Shown piece by piece: positions 20,471 to 30,241 of a DNA stretch of 64,000 bases. The notes under the pieces are model-generated. The model did no database searches and had not been told where the DNA came from. It saw only the letters and a program-made list of their open reading frames with translations. The DNA is taken from NCBI GenBank assembly GCA_028279655.1, contig JANQNH010000001.1:17484-81483 (forward strand), written 5' to 3'. The position numbers and the translations under genes were made by a program. Every line of letters starts with the position of its first letter. Position 1 is the first letter of the stretch. The DNA is from Candidatus Nanoarchaeia archaeon. Its GTDB lineage: Archaea > Nanobdellota > Nanobdellia > Woesearchaeales > JACPBV01.

Positions 20471-21244
20471 CTATTTCTTAACTCTACAGCCGCCACTGGG
20501 CAAGGCCCGGATTATATCATCGATATTGCCTCCGACTTTCTTCTGGATGAATTTTGCAATCTTGCTTGCTTTCTCTCTTCCCTGTTCTATCTGGACAAAC
20601 GCTTTACAGTTCTTCTTGATTGCAGCCAAGGGGCCCGCCATTATGCTGTCTTTGTATAATCCTATTGCGCAGCTTATCTTGTTTTCGATGTAATTCAATT
20701 TTCCTTTTGTTATGAATCCTCCCCTTGGCACATATTCTCCAGAAGGGGCCTCTTTTGTCAACTGTTCTGGACTGCAGTAGAATACCGAGGAAGAGGGCAT
20801 GCCTAGTTTCCAGGCTCTTGAGAATGTAACGGTTGCATCTGCGGTTTCGTGGAGTGTTTTAGGAGGAATATCTTTATTGTTTGCCTTTATCACAAAAAAA
20901 GGAGAGCCTATCATGTCTGTATGGAACACAAGGTCTCCTTTATCGGTGTGTTTTTTCACTATAATCTCATTGGTTGTTGCATCTCTCCCTCCTATTACCA
21001 ATAGGCCATCTGAGGAGAAGAACCATCTGAACTTGTCGTACCATTCTTTTTTTGTCTTTGCTGCCTTAACCTCTTGCTTCTCTTCTTTCTGTTTCTCCTT
21101 CTCTAGTTTCTTTAGCTTGGCTTTTGTTATCTCTAATGCTTCTTTAGCTCCTTCTATCTTCTTCTTGATTTTCTTTGCCTTATCATAATATATAGCTGCG
21201 TTTTGCTCTAATGTCTTGTCCAGGTTAAGGGTAATCTTTGCCAT
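20471..21244 (-). CDS. NFACT-R (DUF814) RNA-binding protein, RqcH C-terminal-like
   Basis: WYDKFRWFFSSDG.LVIGGRDATTNE, FHTD..GSPF, APSGEY. Confidence 0.85.
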   Translation of the reverse strand: MAKITLNLDKTLEQNAAIYYDKAKKIKKKIEGAKEALEITKAKLKKLEKEKQKEEKQEVKAAKTKKEWYDKFRWFFSSDGLLVIGGRDATTNEIIVKKHTDKGDLVFHTDMIGSPFFVIKANNKDIPPKTLHETADATVTFSRAWKLGMPSSSVFYCSPEQLTKEAPSGEYVPRGGFITKGKLNYIENKISCAIGLYKDSIMAGPLAAIKKNCKAFVQIEQGREKASKIAKFIQKKVGGNIDDIIRALPSGGCRVKK

Positions 21245-21295
21245 TTGAGAGATTAAGAAGGCTTATTTTAAATATTTAATGGAAATAAAGCCAAG

Positions 21296-22801
21296 CTAGC
21301 TAAAATCCTCGGCAGTCAGGAAATGCCTTTTGAAAAGCTCATATATGAAGAACAGGTATCCTCCTACATAGAAAAGGATCGTTATCATGGCGAATATTAT
21401 GAAATAGAAGGTAATGAAGTATTCTGAGGATTTAAGCAGGAACATTATTGTGCTGATGTAGTACTGGTAGAGGCTTATGAAGTAGAACCATATGTAGAAT
21501 GCAAAAAAGACCATTCCTATAAGGACAGCGATTATGAATGCGTCTTTCTCTATGGTCTGGCTGTATTCAAGAATCCATGTTACCAATCCTAAGAGCAGAC
21601 ATATGGATGCTACTACTATTATTGCTGTGGTTCTGTTCTGGATTATTGCGTCTATTATTGAGGAGGAGTTAAGGATACTTTTTGTGGATATATCAACACC
21701 TGCTAACCCTGCCTGGCTGATCTTTTTTATGAAGAAAGCAGGGGTGAGTGCAAAACACAATAGGGATGAGAATACAAAGGCCAATGATGTTCTAGGAACG
21801 TGCAAGGGCCTTCCAATAAAGAACCTGTAAAAGACGAATGCCGGCAGAACCAACAGGAATATCATAGCTACTGCATTCAGGAAATATATTACAAATAAGC
21901 TTAAGTCTCCTATGAGATATGTTGCTGCAATATCTGCCCTAAAGAGGTGGAACAATGGAGTATGGCCTTCTCCCAGCTGTCCGAAGTAGAGGATATCCTT
22001 TAATCCTATTATATAAGGGAGGATGAAGTGGCCCACTTCAGACAAAAGGTGGAGAGCAAGAAGACCCATGATGCCCAGGAAGATGGTCTGAGGGTAATGG
22101 AACATCTGCATGAACCTTTCGTAGAAGGTCTCTCCGAAGTGACCTATCTTGTAGATGAAGTTTGTCGGGTTTAACTGGTCATGGTGCCTTATTATCAAGA
22201 ATAGGTATATGAAGATTCCAATTACTGCTAAAGGTGCGTCAAGAGCTATAGCAAGCCATTCAGTGGCCAGGTTGAATATTGTTATGAAGAATGTTACTAA
22301 GACAAGGAGGAAGCTTAATGACCTGATAAAAAGCTGAGTCCAGTTTTGTGCCGGAGGCCCTATCTCATGGAGGACTGCCATGAAGCTTGGCTGCCTTATC
22401 TCAAACCTTAGGGCCATGTATAATGAGATGAATATTAACAATAATCCTCCGAGGTAGAAGGAGTATTTCTCTATGAGTACTGCGTTGGTTATGAGATATG
22501 TGTATAGCTTCTCAAACATGTGTGCTTCTTCTATGGCAACGCTGACATATCCTATGAGGTTTTTTGTGATAAACAGGAAGAAGGTTAATACAATAGCTAT
22601 ATCGAACCTGTGTCTCCTGTAGCCTATTAGGATTGTGCTTAAGCTTGCTTTGACGAATAGGTAGCCAAGGGCTGCCCAGGATATGAGCTTTTTGATGAAA
22701 TCCAGGTCTCCAGGAAGAACTTCCAAGAAGTCTGTTACGTGCAGAATAATTATCAGTGTAAGCAATGTTAATTCAATCTTCTGCTGGAGTTTTGGGTCCA
22801 T
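21296..22801 (-). CDS. Polytopic membrane protein of unknown function
   Basis: ~13 hydrophobic segments. Confidence 0.75.
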   Translation of the reverse strand: MDPKLQQKIELTLLTLIIILHVTDFLEVLPGDLDFIKKLISWAALGYLFVKASLSTILIGYRRHRFDIAIVLTFFLFITKNLIGYVSVAIEEAHMFEKLYTYLITNAVLIEKYSFYLGGLLLIFISLYMALRFEIRQPSFMAVLHEIGPPAQNWTQLFIRSLSFLLVLVTFFITIFNLATEWLAIALDAPLAVIGIFIYLFLIIRHHDQLNPTNFIYKIGHFGETFYERFMQMFHYPQTIFLGIMGLLALHLLSEVGHFILPYIIGLKDILYFGQLGEGHTPLFHLFRADIAATYLIGDLSLFVIYFLNAVAMIFLLVLPAFVFYRFFIGRPLHVPRTSLAFVFSSLLCFALTPAFFIKKISQAGLAGVDISTKSILNSSSIIDAIIQNRTTAIIVVASICLLLGLVTWILEYSQTIEKDAFIIAVLIGMVFFAFYIWFYFISLYQYYISTIMFLLKSSEYFITFYFIIFAMITILFYVGGYLFFIYELFKRHFLTAEDFS

Positions 22802-22929
22802 AATGTGGTTTTTGGTTTATTTTATATTTAATTGTTTGCATATATTATTAGTTAAGGGGTATTCTCTTGAGATATATTACAAAGATTGAGCGTTATGATG
22901 TGTTAAAAGATTAAATGGAAATAGGTACT

Positions 22930-23193
22930 TTAAGCAATAAGTCTTGTATCTAATGTGTGTTTTCTAGGCTCATCTAAAATAACCTTTTTAGATAAGTCAA
23001 TGAAATCTACTCCAGTATGTATTCCTGATCTGTAATGGACTGATGCAAATTTAGGTTTAGAATCCTTAAATGCTATCTCGACCATAGTTACATCCCTTCC
23101 TGCAAATTGAGTTTCATAACTTACTTGCATCAGGGTCCAAGAATTCATAAACCTATAAGCCTCGCTTGGATCTTTATATTGTCGAATGTACAT
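22930..23193 (-). CDS. Hypothetical protein
   Basis: ATG ORF with TTTATAA ~25 nt upstream. Confidence 0.5.
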   Translation of the reverse strand: MYIRQYKDPSEAYRFMNSWTLMQVSYETQFAGRDVTMVEIAFKDSKPKFASVHYRSGIHTGVDFIDLSKKVILDEPRKHTLDTRLIA

Positions 23194-23239
23194 GCTTGGG
23201 GGGGTTTATCTAGGAATTATAAATTTTTTGATTTCAGAA

Positions 23240-23980
23240 TCAGTGGGTCGCACTTTTCCATAATAATTCAAACCACTTTCTGTAAGAATCAGCGATATCT
23301 TTATTAATGATCATAAAACAAGTAGGAATGTTACTTTTCCACAAAACATTTACAACTCTATCTGCATAAATGTTAATGACAGCAGGACTTGAGTATTCTT
23401 TAGGTAGGAATTTAGTTTCCATTAGTGGAAGCTTTGTAATCTTTTTTCCCCTAGTTTCAGCATCATAAAGAATCTTCCATTTTATTCTTGCTTTAACTCT
23501 AAGCTTGTCAAAACCTGGAAAGAAATATTTTAGATTCTTATCTTCTTTTCCTACTGCTCCAATTAGATATAGGTCTTGTTTTTGTTTTAAGACATCTTTT
23601 CTTATAGTCTTAAATCCTTCTTTTCCCGGGAAGACATGAGCTTCTGCATGAGGCAATGATGAGGGAGTTTGTTTTTTAAGCTCAGGGATTATTCTTTTAA
23701 TATTTGATTCTTTTTCATTAAGCTTTTCTTTTTGTCCTTCAATATAATCTAATAATCTGTCAGGATCAGTTGCCTCAAAAAACTTTATGTTATTTTTTAT
23801 AACATAAGAAACAAGACCTTTTTCAGTTAATCTGTTTATTGCTTCATAGATTCTGCTTCTATGGAGATTTAGTTTTTTCATTAATTCTCCAACTTTGATC
23901 GATCCTGATTTAAGTAAATTTAAGTATACATTGATCTCTGATTTGGTTAATCCAATTTCTTGGAGCAGTCTTTCGTCCAT
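23240..23980 (-). CDS. TrmB-family transcriptional regulator
   Basis: LQEIGLTKSEINVYLNLL..G, HRSRIYEAINRL.EKGLVS wHTH. Confidence 0.88.
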   Translation of the reverse strand: MDERLLQEIGLTKSEINVYLNLLKSGSIKVGELMKKLNLHRSRIYEAINRLTEKGLVSYVIKNNIKFFEATDPDRLLDYIEGQKEKLNEKESNIKRIIPELKKQTPSSLPHAEAHVFPGKEGFKTIRKDVLKQKQDLYLIGAVGKEDKNLKYFFPGFDKLRVKARIKWKILYDAETRGKKITKLPLMETKFLPKEYSSPAVINIYADRVVNVLWKSNIPTCFMIINKDIADSYRKWFELLWKSATH

Positions 23981-24073
23981 ACTAAGAAGATACCTTATTC
24001 ATATATAAATTTTATGTTGTAGTCTTTTAAAAGGAGGACAAATATTATTATAATAGCCTGTATTTTCTGTGAA

Positions 24074-25186
24074 GTGATTATTATGGCTGAGAAACCTGAT
24101 AACCTTGCATTTAGATGTATGGAAAATCCTTTTGTAATAGGTAGAGACAACGCAATATTCTCACCTCATGATGGATTGGGTTTTATTGTGAACAATGGAG
24201 GTTTTGTGGGTAGGGATAGGTTTATTAGCAGAAGCTCTGCTATTGAAGAGCTTAAAGAAGGCACTGGTCCAGTAATAATTAATATGGGGGATTCCTCAAC
24301 ATCTGGCTGGCATAGCGATATGCTATCCAGAGATAGAGATAACAAGCCAACCGATCCATATTTTCATTACAAAACTTATTCTGATTTAATGCGAGAAGTA
24401 TTTGGGAGAGTAATAAATGCAGGAGTTTCAAAATACACTACTTTACAAGGGAAGAAATATCTAGCGCTTATTTTAAGAGATTTTGCAAAGCATAATATCT
24501 ATCCAGATTATGTTACTTTATACTTTGGAAACAACGACTCAGTATTTAGTCGTATTGAGGATAAAACCGCAATTGATGGCATGTTACCGACCAGAAACAA
24601 TACCTACAAAAGGGTATTACTTGCTGATTATAAGCGTAATCTGGAAGAGATGATTAGACTTATCAGATGCTATGGTGCGATACCAATAATCATTATTCCG
24701 CCTAGAAGATATGACTGGCCACCAGCTCTACGCTCACTAAAATATAAGGAAGAACGTAAAGTAGGTATAGAAGAACTTGAACCAGTTGAATTAAGGACAG
24801 AATTAGAAAAAGCAAGCCAATTATTTTGGGAAGATAGATTAGAAGAAGCTTATGAAAAAGACGTTTTCTTACCTAGGATCAAGAAGATATATGTTGAAAT
24901 GCTAATAAAAACTGCTAAAAGACAGAATGTGGACATTATTGATGTCCAAAAAGATGTGCCTTTCCATAAAAGTGGGGAATTTTTTTGTGATTATTGCCAT
25001 CCATTAGAACCTACAAATGAATTAATTTTAAGGGAATTTCTGAGAATAAAAGAAGCATACAAAATCCCATTAAGGTATAGAATACTTGAAGGTACAATAA
25101 ATTTTTTGGGACATTTCATCAGACCAGGAAGAAGCGGTAGAAGTGACAAACATCAACCCCCCACCGATATTTACCCCTTACATTAA
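24074..25186 (+). CDS. SGNH/GDSL hydrolase
   Basis: GDSSTSG, NAGV, FGNND, DYCHP blocks. Confidence 0.8.
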   Translation: MIIMAEKPDNLAFRCMENPFVIGRDNAIFSPHDGLGFIVNNGGFVGRDRFISRSSAIEELKEGTGPVIINMGDSSTSGWHSDMLSRDRDNKPTDPYFHYKTYSDLMREVFGRVINAGVSKYTTLQGKKYLALILRDFAKHNIYPDYVTLYFGNNDSVFSRIEDKTAIDGMLPTRNNTYKRVLLADYKRNLEEMIRLIRCYGAIPIIIIPPRRYDWPPALRSLKYKEERKVGIEELEPVELRTELEKASQLFWEDRLEEAYEKDVFLPRIKKIYVEMLIKTAKRQNVDIIDVQKDVPFHKSGEFFCDYCHPLEPTNELILREFLRIKEAYKIPLRYRILEGTINFLGHFIRPGRSGRSDKHQPPTDIYPLH

Positions 25187-25293
25187 ATGGCTTAGCATAA
25201 ATCCCCCTCACTTTTGATTGTGGAGCATCAATTAGAATAATGGGTTGGCAAAAAATAGAAACATTTATATATCAGATGGTATCTATTGGTATC

Positions 25294-25539
25294 ATGAATA
25301 CGCAAATTAATCTAAGAATGCCACAAAAATTGCTTAGTTCAGTTAAATCTTACAGTGATGAGCATGGATATGGTTCAGTACAAGATTTTATTAAGGAAAC
25401 AGTTAGGGAGAAACTATTTGATGAGCCTGAGATAAGTAAAGAAGAATTGGCACTTGTAAAAAAACTTGCAGAAGTTACTGAAAAGAAGAAACTATATGGA
25501 ACTGAGAAACAATTATTTGAGAAACTTAGGAGAAGATAG
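25294..25539 (+). CDS. Ribbon-helix-helix antitoxin
   Basis: MNTQINLRMP...GYGSVQDFIKETVRE; upstream of RelE-like gene. Confidence 0.75.
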   Translation: MNTQINLRMPQKLLSSVKSYSDEHGYGSVQDFIKETVREKLFDEPEISKEELALVKKLAEVTEKKKLYGTEKQLFEKLRRR

Positions 25540-25541
25540 TA

Positions 25542-25838
25542 ATGGAATATGAAATTATTCCATCTCAGTTTTTTCTGGAGCAGATTGATGAACTCAGTGA
25601 TGAAGCTGCAAAGTTAATTGAAGATAAGTTACGTTTAGCAAAAATAAATCCCTTTAGATTTAAACGTATTGAAGGATACAACCTATTCCTTTTTAGAATT
25701 AGATTTGAAGATGAAAGAAAGGAAAAACGTGTAGTATATCTTGTTGATAAACCAAAGGTGAAAGTTCTCTGTATTCTGGATAGAAGTAGCGAATATAAAA
25801 AACTTAGAAAGTTCTTAAAAAGACATGGATATCTATGA
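25542..25838 (+). CDS. RelE/ParE-family toxin
   Basis: 98 aa; YEIIPSQFF...L..NPFR.K...LFRIRF...RVVY. Confidence 0.75.
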   Translation: MEYEIIPSQFFLEQIDELSDEAAKLIEDKLRLAKINPFRFKRIEGYNLFLFRIRFEDERKEKRVVYLVDKPKVKVLCILDRSSEYKKLRKFLKRHGYL

Positions 25839-25969
25839 TTTTTTTTCAATCCCATATAGCGCTAATTCCTGATTGAATATCACCTCAATATGCTAACTTT
25901 TTTTATCATCTGAAATACAATTCCTGATTTAGAGAAAACTTTAAATACTACTGTTATCAGGTTACAGGT

Positions 25970-26248
25970 ATGGTAAACTTAACCAGGAAGCCAAACATCT
26001 TTGAGTCAATACTTTTGATAATAGGTGTGGTGTTGATAGTTCTGGGATATGTTGTTATATACAGGATGTATGCTGTTGAGGGGTTTCTTTCCTGGGCTTT
26101 GTTGCAGACCTTGTTCCTGTGGATACTGATGATCCTGCTGGTTATATTGGCTGCTGTCAATGAGAACATGAAAGAGGAACTGAAGATAATGATAAGCAAC
26201 CAGGCTGAAGAGCTAAAGTTACTAAGGAAGGATCTTAAGAGGAAGTAA
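25970..26248 (+). CDS. Small two-TM membrane protein
   Basis: Two hydrophobic helices plus C-terminal coiled tail. Confidence 0.65.
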   Translation: MVNLTRKPNIFESILLIIGVVLIVLGYVVIYRMYAVEGFLSWALLQTLFLWILMILLVILAAVNENMKEELKIMISNQAEELKLLRKDLKRK

Positions 26249-26451
26249 GTTTGTTCTTAACTATTCTAATCAATCCGTACATATTGCTTAAGGAACAGTA
26301 TACTCTAGACTAGAAATGTTTATATAAATATGTAAGTTATTCCATATTAAAGGCATAGAATATTGTTGTAAAAAAATAAATACAATATCCGACCATTAAT
26401 TAGTGATAAAATAACTTTAAATATATAATTCCTCAGCCGGAGTGTATTGAG

Positions 26452-26682
26452 TTGGCGAATATGGACAGTTCAAAAATTGCAAAGGAAGACCTAAATGAGG
26501 TAGCTTTTTCTAAATTAGACTTAAAAAAACATGCTGGGGAGTGTATTGCTATGGTAAATGGTAAGGTAGTCATTACAGAGAAAGATGCTACAAAAGCTAT
26601 GAAGAAGGTTGTTGCACTGAGTGAAAAAAACCAAGTAGCATTGATATGTATACCAAGTTCAAAGACTACTATGTGTATCTAA
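26452..26682 (+). CDS. DUF5678-like small protein
   Basis: KHAGECIAMVNGKVV motif; precedes an aspartyl protease. Confidence 0.6.
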   Translation: MANMDSSKIAKEDLNEVAFSKLDLKKHAGECIAMVNGKVVITEKDATKAMKKVVALSEKNQVALICIPSSKTTMCI

Positions 26683-26684
26683 AA

Positions 26685-27134
26685 ATGTTAGATTATTCTA
26701 AGAAAGAACCAATTGTCTTCCCTTACAAGCTTTGTGAGATTACTACAAAAAATGGAAAGGAAAAAGTTCTTAGACCAATCGCCTTAATAAAGATTGGTAA
26801 GAAAAAAATTCAAATGGCTGGCCTTATAGATTCTGGATCAGATAAAACTGTCTCCTATGCTTATCCTTTTGGAAAATTGCTTGGTGTTTTGGATGATATT
26901 GAAGGTGAACCTGAGTCAATTGGTGGTTTATTCAGTAAGGGATCAGCTTGGCCTTGCCATACGGATTTGTGGATAGGGCAGTATAGATTGAATGTTCCAG
27001 TTTACTGGCTTACTACACCCTATGATCCTAAGGAATGCAACTATAATCTAATACTCGGTAGGAAGATAATATTCAATAATTTTGATGTAGTGTTTTGTGA
27101 GAGTGAAGGAAAGGTCTACTTCTATAAAAAATAG
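26685..27134 (+). CDS. Retropepsin-like (clan AA) aspartyl protease
   Basis: LRP...GLIDSGSD and LILGR motifs. Confidence 0.75.
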   Translation: MLDYSKKEPIVFPYKLCEITTKNGKEKVLRPIALIKIGKKKIQMAGLIDSGSDKTVSYAYPFGKLLGVLDDIEGEPESIGGLFSKGSAWPCHTDLWIGQYRLNVPVYWLTTPYDPKECNYNLILGRKIIFNNFDVVFCESEGKVYFYKK

Positions 27135-27306
27135 AATCTGTATGCTTAATATGTTTATTGAATCTACATATTAAGTTTTCTTGTGCTGTTAAGTTAGCGT
27201 CACCTAGTCATCCTACTCTGAGCTTTAAGGTTTGTTGAATACAATCTTAAACGAGGTGAAAGAAATGGAAAGATATTTATATATAAAAACAATCTATGAG
27301 GATTAT

Positions 27307-28224
27307 ATGGAAAAAACTCGTTTCTATTTCCACGATTTACAGATAAAAGATATTAATAATGATAAAATAATTGAATTATTTGGGGAAATAGCCAAAGAAA
27401 CTGGTGAAGAAGATAAGCCAAGAACTTATATTGAGATAGATTCATCAAAATTACATATTCAAATTGTTAAAAAAGAACATGTGGATAAAGAGATATTTTT
27501 TTATGGAAAACTTATTCAATCTCACAAAACAGCAGATTTTAAGGAGGAAAAACAGGGAGAATTAATAGAGATTGACCTTGATGAAGATTCGGGAATATGC
27601 CAACCTCAACGAGGGATTATTTATTTTGTATTGTACCTAAATGAAGAAAAAAATGAAAGAATACTAATTTTAGAAGATGTCCCATTTGCATTAAATATTG
27701 GGGGTTTTATAAAATATCTGGTAAATAAATTGGGTATTGGTCAAGAGGACATAACAACAAAACAAAAATTGGGCAGGGATATAATTTCAATCATCAATGC
27801 AACTGGAGAAAGCCAGATGATTTTGGCTAAATTAAGATTTAAGAAAAACATTAGTATTGATGATGTAAAGAGAATCGGTATAGTTGAAGAAGCAATGGAG
27901 AAATTAAAAGAAAAGGATTTGGATTGTGAACTAATAATTAGATGGTCAAAAAAGAAAACAGAGAAATTAAAAGATTTTGTAAATAAATTCTTTAAAATAG
28001 GTAACATATCGGAACTTTCAACAGTAGACTATGGTAGTTTCTTAAGAACATTACAGTTTAAGATTGATAATGTGGCTCATGATAAGATAAATATGAAGGA
28101 TGATATAATAAAATATGCTCCACCAGAAAACAAAGAATATTATTTTGAACACGAAGATGAACTATATAATTCAGTTAAAGCTGATTTTGTACAAAAATAT
28201 GCTGATGGAAAATTAAATGGATAA
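27307..28224 (+). CDS. Transposon cargo soluble protein, unknown function
   Basis: Very AT-rich ORF inside the TIRs; TATA box ~25 nt upstream of ATG 27307. Confidence 0.7.
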   Translation: MEKTRFYFHDLQIKDINNDKIIELFGEIAKETGEEDKPRTYIEIDSSKLHIQIVKKEHVDKEIFFYGKLIQSHKTADFKEEKQGELIEIDLDEDSGICQPQRGIIYFVLYLNEEKNERILILEDVPFALNIGGFIKYLVNKLGIGQEDITTKQKLGRDIISIINATGESQMILAKLRFKKNISIDDVKRIGIVEEAMEKLKEKDLDCELIIRWSKKKTEKLKDFVNKFFKIGNISELSTVDYGSFLRTLQFKIDNVAHDKINMKDDIIKYAPPENKEYYFEHEDELYNSVKADFVQKYADGKLNG

Positions 28225-28708
28225 TCAAATGAACATTAAAAAAAATTCTTTATTGTGGGATACTATTGCGGTTTTTGTCATATTTTTGCCCATTACTTTT
28301 GTCTTACTTTTCAATTTTCCTAAATTTGTTATGAATCTAGATAATTTCACAGAAATTTTAGTTGGTTTATTTGGGACTTTATTGGGATTTATACTAACAG
28401 CAGTCACTATCCTTTTTATGTTTGATATAGACAAAAGCGAGATACTAAAGAAAATAAAAGATGCAGGATTATATAGCCAAATATTTGAAAGGTTTATTAG
28501 CACAATTGTAATTACTTTTATTTCATTGATTGCGGTATTATTTTATTATTTCTTATCAAAACTAACAGGGAATATTAGGATTGTAGATATTTTAATTTTT
28601 TATCTTTGCACATTAGTTCTAGTTAGAGTGTATCGGGTATTGAGAATTTTGTATTTAATCTATGGTATTATTAAACCTAATCCAACTCCACCAACCCAAC
28701 ATGGCTAA
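28217..28708 (+). CDS. Transposon cargo four-TM membrane protein
   Basis: Four hydrophobic helices (GLFGTLLGFILTAVTIL); overlaps the preceding gene. Confidence 0.75.
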   Translation: MDNQMNIKKNSLLWDTIAVFVIFLPITFVLLFNFPKFVMNLDNFTEILVGLFGTLLGFILTAVTILFMFDIDKSEILKKIKDAGLYSQIFERFISTIVITFISLIAVLFYYFLSKLTGNIRIVDILIFYLCTLVLVRVYRVLRILYLIYGIIKPNPTPPTQHG

Positions 28709-28760
28709 CAGTAAGTAAAAAATATATGCCTGATTTCTCAACAAAAGAATATAAAATGAA

Positions 28761-29666
28761 TTAATTAGAAGCTAACTTAATCAACCCCAACCACCTATTA
28801 ACTCCTGTCTCTAACTTTAATCCTGCTAACTCACAAGGCACCACTCCTGTTGTAGTGTGTGCCTCAATAAAGTTATGCTGTAAGATAATCCCTGCCATAA
28901 GAATAGGAGCAGACCAAAGAGCCTTTAAGCCACGAAAATCATCTACCCTATCTTTTATCTTTGAGAAAACAGTTTCAATCCTAACGTTATGCTTCCCTGT
29001 CTTTTGAACATTGTTTATCCTATGTTCTACAAGCATTCGTTTACTTCCGCTTATGTTTCGTTTTCCCTTACAACGGACAGAGGCAAAGACCTTTTTCATA
29101 GCTTTTGGATAGAATTGTGCGGCGTCAGTTTGGATATATTTAGGAAGTCCGTTTTTTGCTGTTTTCCTTAGAAAATCCACAGCGTCTTTTGTGTTTTGTG
29201 ATTTTGGGCTGTATAGTGTTGCATTAATATATCTTGTGTCCCAATCAACAGAACACCAGAATATATCTCCACCTTTCCTTGTTGGTGTACATCCTCTAGG
29301 AATATCTGTCTCGTCTGCATAGACCTTACCTGATAAGTTTAAGGGCAGAGTATCGACATACTTTTGAACCTTTAAAACATATTTTCTACACCAATCAAGA
29401 ACAGAAACGTGAGAGGCGTTATGCTCCCAATGTCTCCTAAAATGGTTTCTTACCTTTCTACTTGAAAGGTTAGAGAAATATAAGTCAATAGCAGAGGTTA
29501 TCTTTTTTTCATTATTTCTCATTCGGTAAAAGCCATCATCATTAGTAAAATATTTATTACAAGCATTGCATTTATACTTTTGTATTCTTCCCCTGTTCTC
29601 TGTCTTACGAAAGCCCTTCTTTATATAATCGCTTTCTCCACAATGAACGCATTTTATTTTTTTCAT
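28761..29666 (-). CDS. DDE transposase (IS6-like) with N-terminal Zn ribbon
   Basis: CVHC...CNAC; YADET, IQTDAAQFY, NVRIETVFSKIKDR. Confidence 0.88.
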   Translation of the reverse strand: MKKIKCVHCGESDYIKKGFRKTENRGRIQKYKCNACNKYFTNDDGFYRMRNNEKKITSAIDLYFSNLSSRKVRNHFRRHWEHNASHVSVLDWCRKYVLKVQKYVDTLPLNLSGKVYADETDIPRGCTPTRKGGDIFWCSVDWDTRYINATLYSPKSQNTKDAVDFLRKTAKNGLPKYIQTDAAQFYPKAMKKVFASVRCKGKRNISGSKRMLVEHRINNVQKTGKHNVRIETVFSKIKDRVDDFRGLKALWSAPILMAGIILQHNFIEAHTTTGVVPCELAGLKLETGVNRWLGLIKLASN

Positions 29667-29678
29667 AGTAATATAGTA

Positions 29679-29771
29679 GGTACCGAAAGTATATAAATAC
29701 TTCGGTACCGAAATAATACTGTCATAATGTATATAATGGGGTACCGAAAAGCTTATAAAGGAGTAGGTACC
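29679..29771. promoter_or_regulatory. Four GGTACC(GAAA) operator-like sites in the divergent tnp/AbrB promoter
   Basis: GGTACCGAAA at 29679, 29704 and 29740; GGTACC at 29766; perfect palindrome TTCGGTACCGAA at 29701. Confidence 0.65.
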
Positions 29772-29782
29772 TATTATTCCCT

Positions 29783-29944
29783 ATGTATCTACAAAAACAA
29801 CTTTCTAAGAAGATTGGTGATAAGGAGTATGCTAAATATGTTATAGTAGTGCCACCTAAACTTATTGATAAACTAAAGTGGAAAGGTGGTGAGGAATTGG
29901 AAGCTGAGGTTAAAGGGGATAAACTTGTCATCGAGAAAGATTAA
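29783..29944 (+). CDS. AbrB/MazE/SpoVT-type DNA-binding protein (53 aa, absent from ORF track)
   Basis: MYLQKQLSKKIGDKEYAKYVIVVPPKLIDKLKWKGGEELEAEVKGDKLVIEKD. Confidence 0.8.
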   Translation: MYLQKQLSKKIGDKEYAKYVIVVPPKLIDKLKWKGGEELEAEVKGDKLVIEKD

Positions 29945-29969
29945 TACTATAAATATAAAAAGAAAAGCA

Positions 29970-30152
29970 ATGCCAGAGAATTGCGTAAATAAATTGATAA
30001 AAGAGATTCCAAATTTAACAGATAGGGAACTTTTAGAAGTTATATTTACTAACTCCATAAAAGGAGATTATGTAAAAGCTAAGTATCAAGGAGAGGAATA
30101 TTTTAACGATTTATTCTCCTATTTTGAAGAACTAAAGAAACGAAGAAAATAA
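29970..30152 (+). CDS. Small hypothetical protein in the transposon
   Basis: 60-aa ATG ORF following the AbrB gene. Confidence 0.45.
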   Translation: MPENCVNKLIKEIPNLTDRELLEVIFTNSIKGDYVKAKYQGEEYFNDLFSYFEELKKRRK

Positions 30153-30241
30153 TTTTTTTATTCTATTAGGTGACGTTTACTTTACAGCTCAAGTTTTCTA
30201 AAGATTTATATATTCTAGAGTATTCCTCTATAGTAGTTAAA

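Larger units (their letters stand above)
27182..30191. mobile_element. IS6-like cargo-carrying transposon (3010 bp)
   Basis: 25-bp imperfect TIRs TGTGCTGTTAAGTTAGCGTCACCTA / TGAGCTGTAAAGTAAACGTCACCTA (21/25); 8-bp TSD AGTTTTCT at 27174-27181 and 30192-30199; internal DDE transposase. Confidence 0.88.

Noticed and set aside
30170-30241. Upstream GTG start of the GLUG protein
   Set aside because: Lies within the transposon right TIR; the signal peptide begins at ATG 30242
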